From positions 1 through 64,000 of IMG/VR virus record IMGVR_UViG_3300042564_002458: DNA of 64,000 bases. One strand, 5' to 3'. Below, one piece after another: positions 61,771-64,000 of the stretch (positions are counted from its first letter, which is position 1; the number at the start of each line of letters is the position of its first letter). This DNA comes from a virus. Both the position numbers and the translations under genes were made by a program. The notes below the pieces were generated by a model, which worked only from the letters and a program-made list of their open reading frames with translations, did not search any database and had not been told where the DNA came from.

Positions 61771-62472
61771 TTAATCCCAAAGACCTTGATAATATTTACC
61801 AAACAAACGAAAACCATTCTGAATACGATCTTGTACTAGTTTCATACCATCATAATCACATTCATATGTATGATTCGGGCCATCTGCCATCTGATAAAGT
61901 TTGGCATCTTCTTCTGGTACTGGGTTGCCATCTCGATCAACCGGTAACCAAACAGTATCAAAGTTTCCTGAACGGAACGCATCTTCCCACGAATCGTCTA
62001 GCTCACATTCAAATGCAAAGATCATTTCATCTATGACCCAATCCCAGCGTTTAAAATGATTATCATCTGTATCATATTCATTTTCTTTTGGTGATGCTTC
62101 TGTACTACGCAGATTCATGTTCTCCGGTACATCTTCGTCATCAACAAATGGAGCACCGTGCTTAGTTTCTTTCAATTGTTTAAGCATTGGAAGAATGATA
62201 TATGCCAATGTATGATCCATTGACCACGTATCCCAACGATCAATTTTTACTTTGATTGTACGTTGACGTTTAGATTCAACCCACAAACAAAATTTTTGTA
62301 GTAATGAATCTTTGTCGTCTCCCCCGGATAGCCAAGTACCAAAATTATGAACCCAGTCCGGTTTACGTTTGAATCCATATTCATCTGTTTCTTTTTTAGC
62401 CCAAAAGCATAGCATTTCCGCGATTTGGTAGGGACCAATCCAGTTCTTATACTTTCCAATTTTAACTTTCAT
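61771..62472 (-). CDS. Conserved phage protein (DTWSMDHTLA...FGKYYQGLWD)
   Basis: AGGA SD; sigma70 promoter near 62498-62526. Confidence 0.75.
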   Translation of the reverse strand: MKVKIGKYKNWIGPYQIAEMLCFWAKKETDEYGFKRKPDWVHNFGTWLSGGDDKDSLLQKFCLWVESKRQRTIKVKIDRWDTWSMDHTLAYIILPMLKQLKETKHGAPFVDDEDVPENMNLRSTEASPKENEYDTDDNHFKRWDWVIDEMIFAFECELDDSWEDAFRSGNFDTVWLPVDRDGNPVPEEDAKLYQMADGPNHTYECDYDGMKLVQDRIQNGFRLFGKYYQGLWD

Positions 62473-62529
62473 TTTTATCCTAAATCTATTATACTCTATT
62501 ATACTCTATTAATGAGTTATTGTCAAGAA

Positions 62530-64000
62530 TTATAACCACCGCAAAATGAACAACGCGGCCTGTTTTTCATCATGAAATCCGAATACATCATTCCATCCAT
62601 AATTTATACCATTACCACTCATACGAGAGAATAATTCTTTATTGTTTACGTAATAGAAATCCCATGTAGTCCCAGGTGGTCCAAAATGGTCAATGGCCCA
62701 ATCATAGGCTTGATTATAATCCAGACGTTTTTCTTCATTAAGTATAACTTCATGCTCAAATATTTCGTCTCTAGTAAAGTTAATCAATGCTCTTTTAACT
62801 CTACTATGTTTTGGAATGTATCTTATTCCCATTTTAATAAAAAAAATGTTAAATCTTCAGGATTTCTAAAATAGTACTTACTATGACCATCTATACTAAC
62901 ACACCATCTACTATCTGGAACACTTCTACGTTGAGCAATACCAAATTTTTTTGTACACCAACGATATATGTCAGCAGCCTCAAGATGATCAATATAATAT
63001 AGATGATTTCTCACTCTACGAGCCGTCATCCAAACTGTACCATTACTATGATAATCTTCTCTAACAACAAATTTCATGACCATTTCAATAAAAATAATGT
63101 GGCATCACTTTCTTTGTTAAATTCCGCCTCAAACTCAAACCATGGATCCGAATCTACACGATCAACAGTCCACTCTAGTTCTATTATACGAAAATTTATA
63201 AAACTTGTACAGTGTTCATTTATCCAATCCACAACTTCCTGTACATCAAAGTCATTGATAATTTTAATCTTGACTACGACCATTTTAATATAAATGCAGT
63301 TAATACTAGAGGATCATAAATTTTTAATGACAACCCAACAATATCAACCGAATTAATAATACACCATCTATTTAATTCGTCAAAATTATTATTCCAATAT
63401 GCTACATCGGTTAAAATTATTGAAGTATAATTAACGTCTTCTTCCAAATATTCTTCTGGAACCAAATAGAATTTATGTCCTTTCATTTCTGTCAATACAT
63501 CAATATGATCTTTTAACCAATGGTTACGTTGTGATTGATATTCGTCTGAATTCATAATATCCACTTTAATGTAAATATCAAAGCATCTTTGCTCTGAGTA
63601 AATGTAAATGTTCCATCAAACAAATCAAGACACCATTGACCGTCAATCCATCTGTCACCGGCCATAATACATGATCCAAAATTATCTGTGCACCAATCTT
63701 TCATTTCATATATTTTTTGAATACTAGAATCATTTTCAAATGATATTGGAATTTTTGTCATGACCATCTCAATAAAAATAAAAGTGCTGATTTCTCATCT
63801 GGTATACTCACAGTAACATGTAAGGTCGTTCCGACACTATTTGTTCTAGTTCCATGACCTCTCCATATATAGTCAATATTGTGTTCTTTCAACCAGTTAC
63901 ATATCTGATTCATAAAGATAGATGCATCACCATACTTACTACGATCTCCGTATACTGTACGGTCTGTATCAGGTCTCTGTAACTCACCAACATAATAAGT
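62530..64000 (-). repeat. Tandem array of at least six small paralogous CDS ending F-x-L-[KR]-W
   Basis: 62530-62832, 62823-63083, 63074-63283, 63274-63564, 63552-63767 and partial 63758-64000 (…DEKSALLFLLRWS). Confidence 0.8.

Noticed and set aside
35908-62512. Short tandem duplications (15 bp near 35908, 18 bp near 47741, 10 bp near 62486)
   Set aside because: Isolated slippage-type events with no shared motif
1-64000. Stop-codon reassignment
   Set aside because: Long conserved genes are intact in the standard code, and TAA, TAG and TGA all end genes

Overview
AT-rich, gene-dense segment of a large tailed dsDNA phage with T4-like/jumbo features. The DnaK, ErpA and PXPV-type lipoprotein sequences look betaproteobacterial, which suggests a freshwater-type host (inference). 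It carries replication and nucleotide genes (PolB, probable clamp, RNase H/5'-exonuclease, ATP-dependent ligase, ThyX, dCMP deaminase, UvsE) and host-support genes (DnaK behind a ROSE-like hairpin, IF-1, ErpA, Dps, BI-1/YccA, a pcyX-hemO bilin cassette, a circularly permuted two-piece tmRNA). It also has a MoxR-AAA/vWA pair, two fibre genes and an S8 protease. Promoters fall into two classes: sigma70-type early cassettes with an upstream TGTTGT-N6-ACAACA palindrome, and T4-late-like NNTAAATA boxes that often give near-leaderless mRNAs. The most striking candidate system is about 11 late proteins that share a T4-CTS-like N-terminal leader (MRAxEFLIE). Two of them are modular polyproteins whose cassettes are joined by hydrophobic-x-E linkers, often encoded by a conserved GC-rich DNA repeat (CAAGGTGTGGCGGA), and they share swapped or truncated cassettes. 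This suggests a shufflable, protease-processed arsenal packaged in the capsid and injected. A second unexplained structure is a translationally chained array of small paralogs ending in F-x-L-[KR]-W. All protein calls come from motif recognition by eye; no database searches were run.
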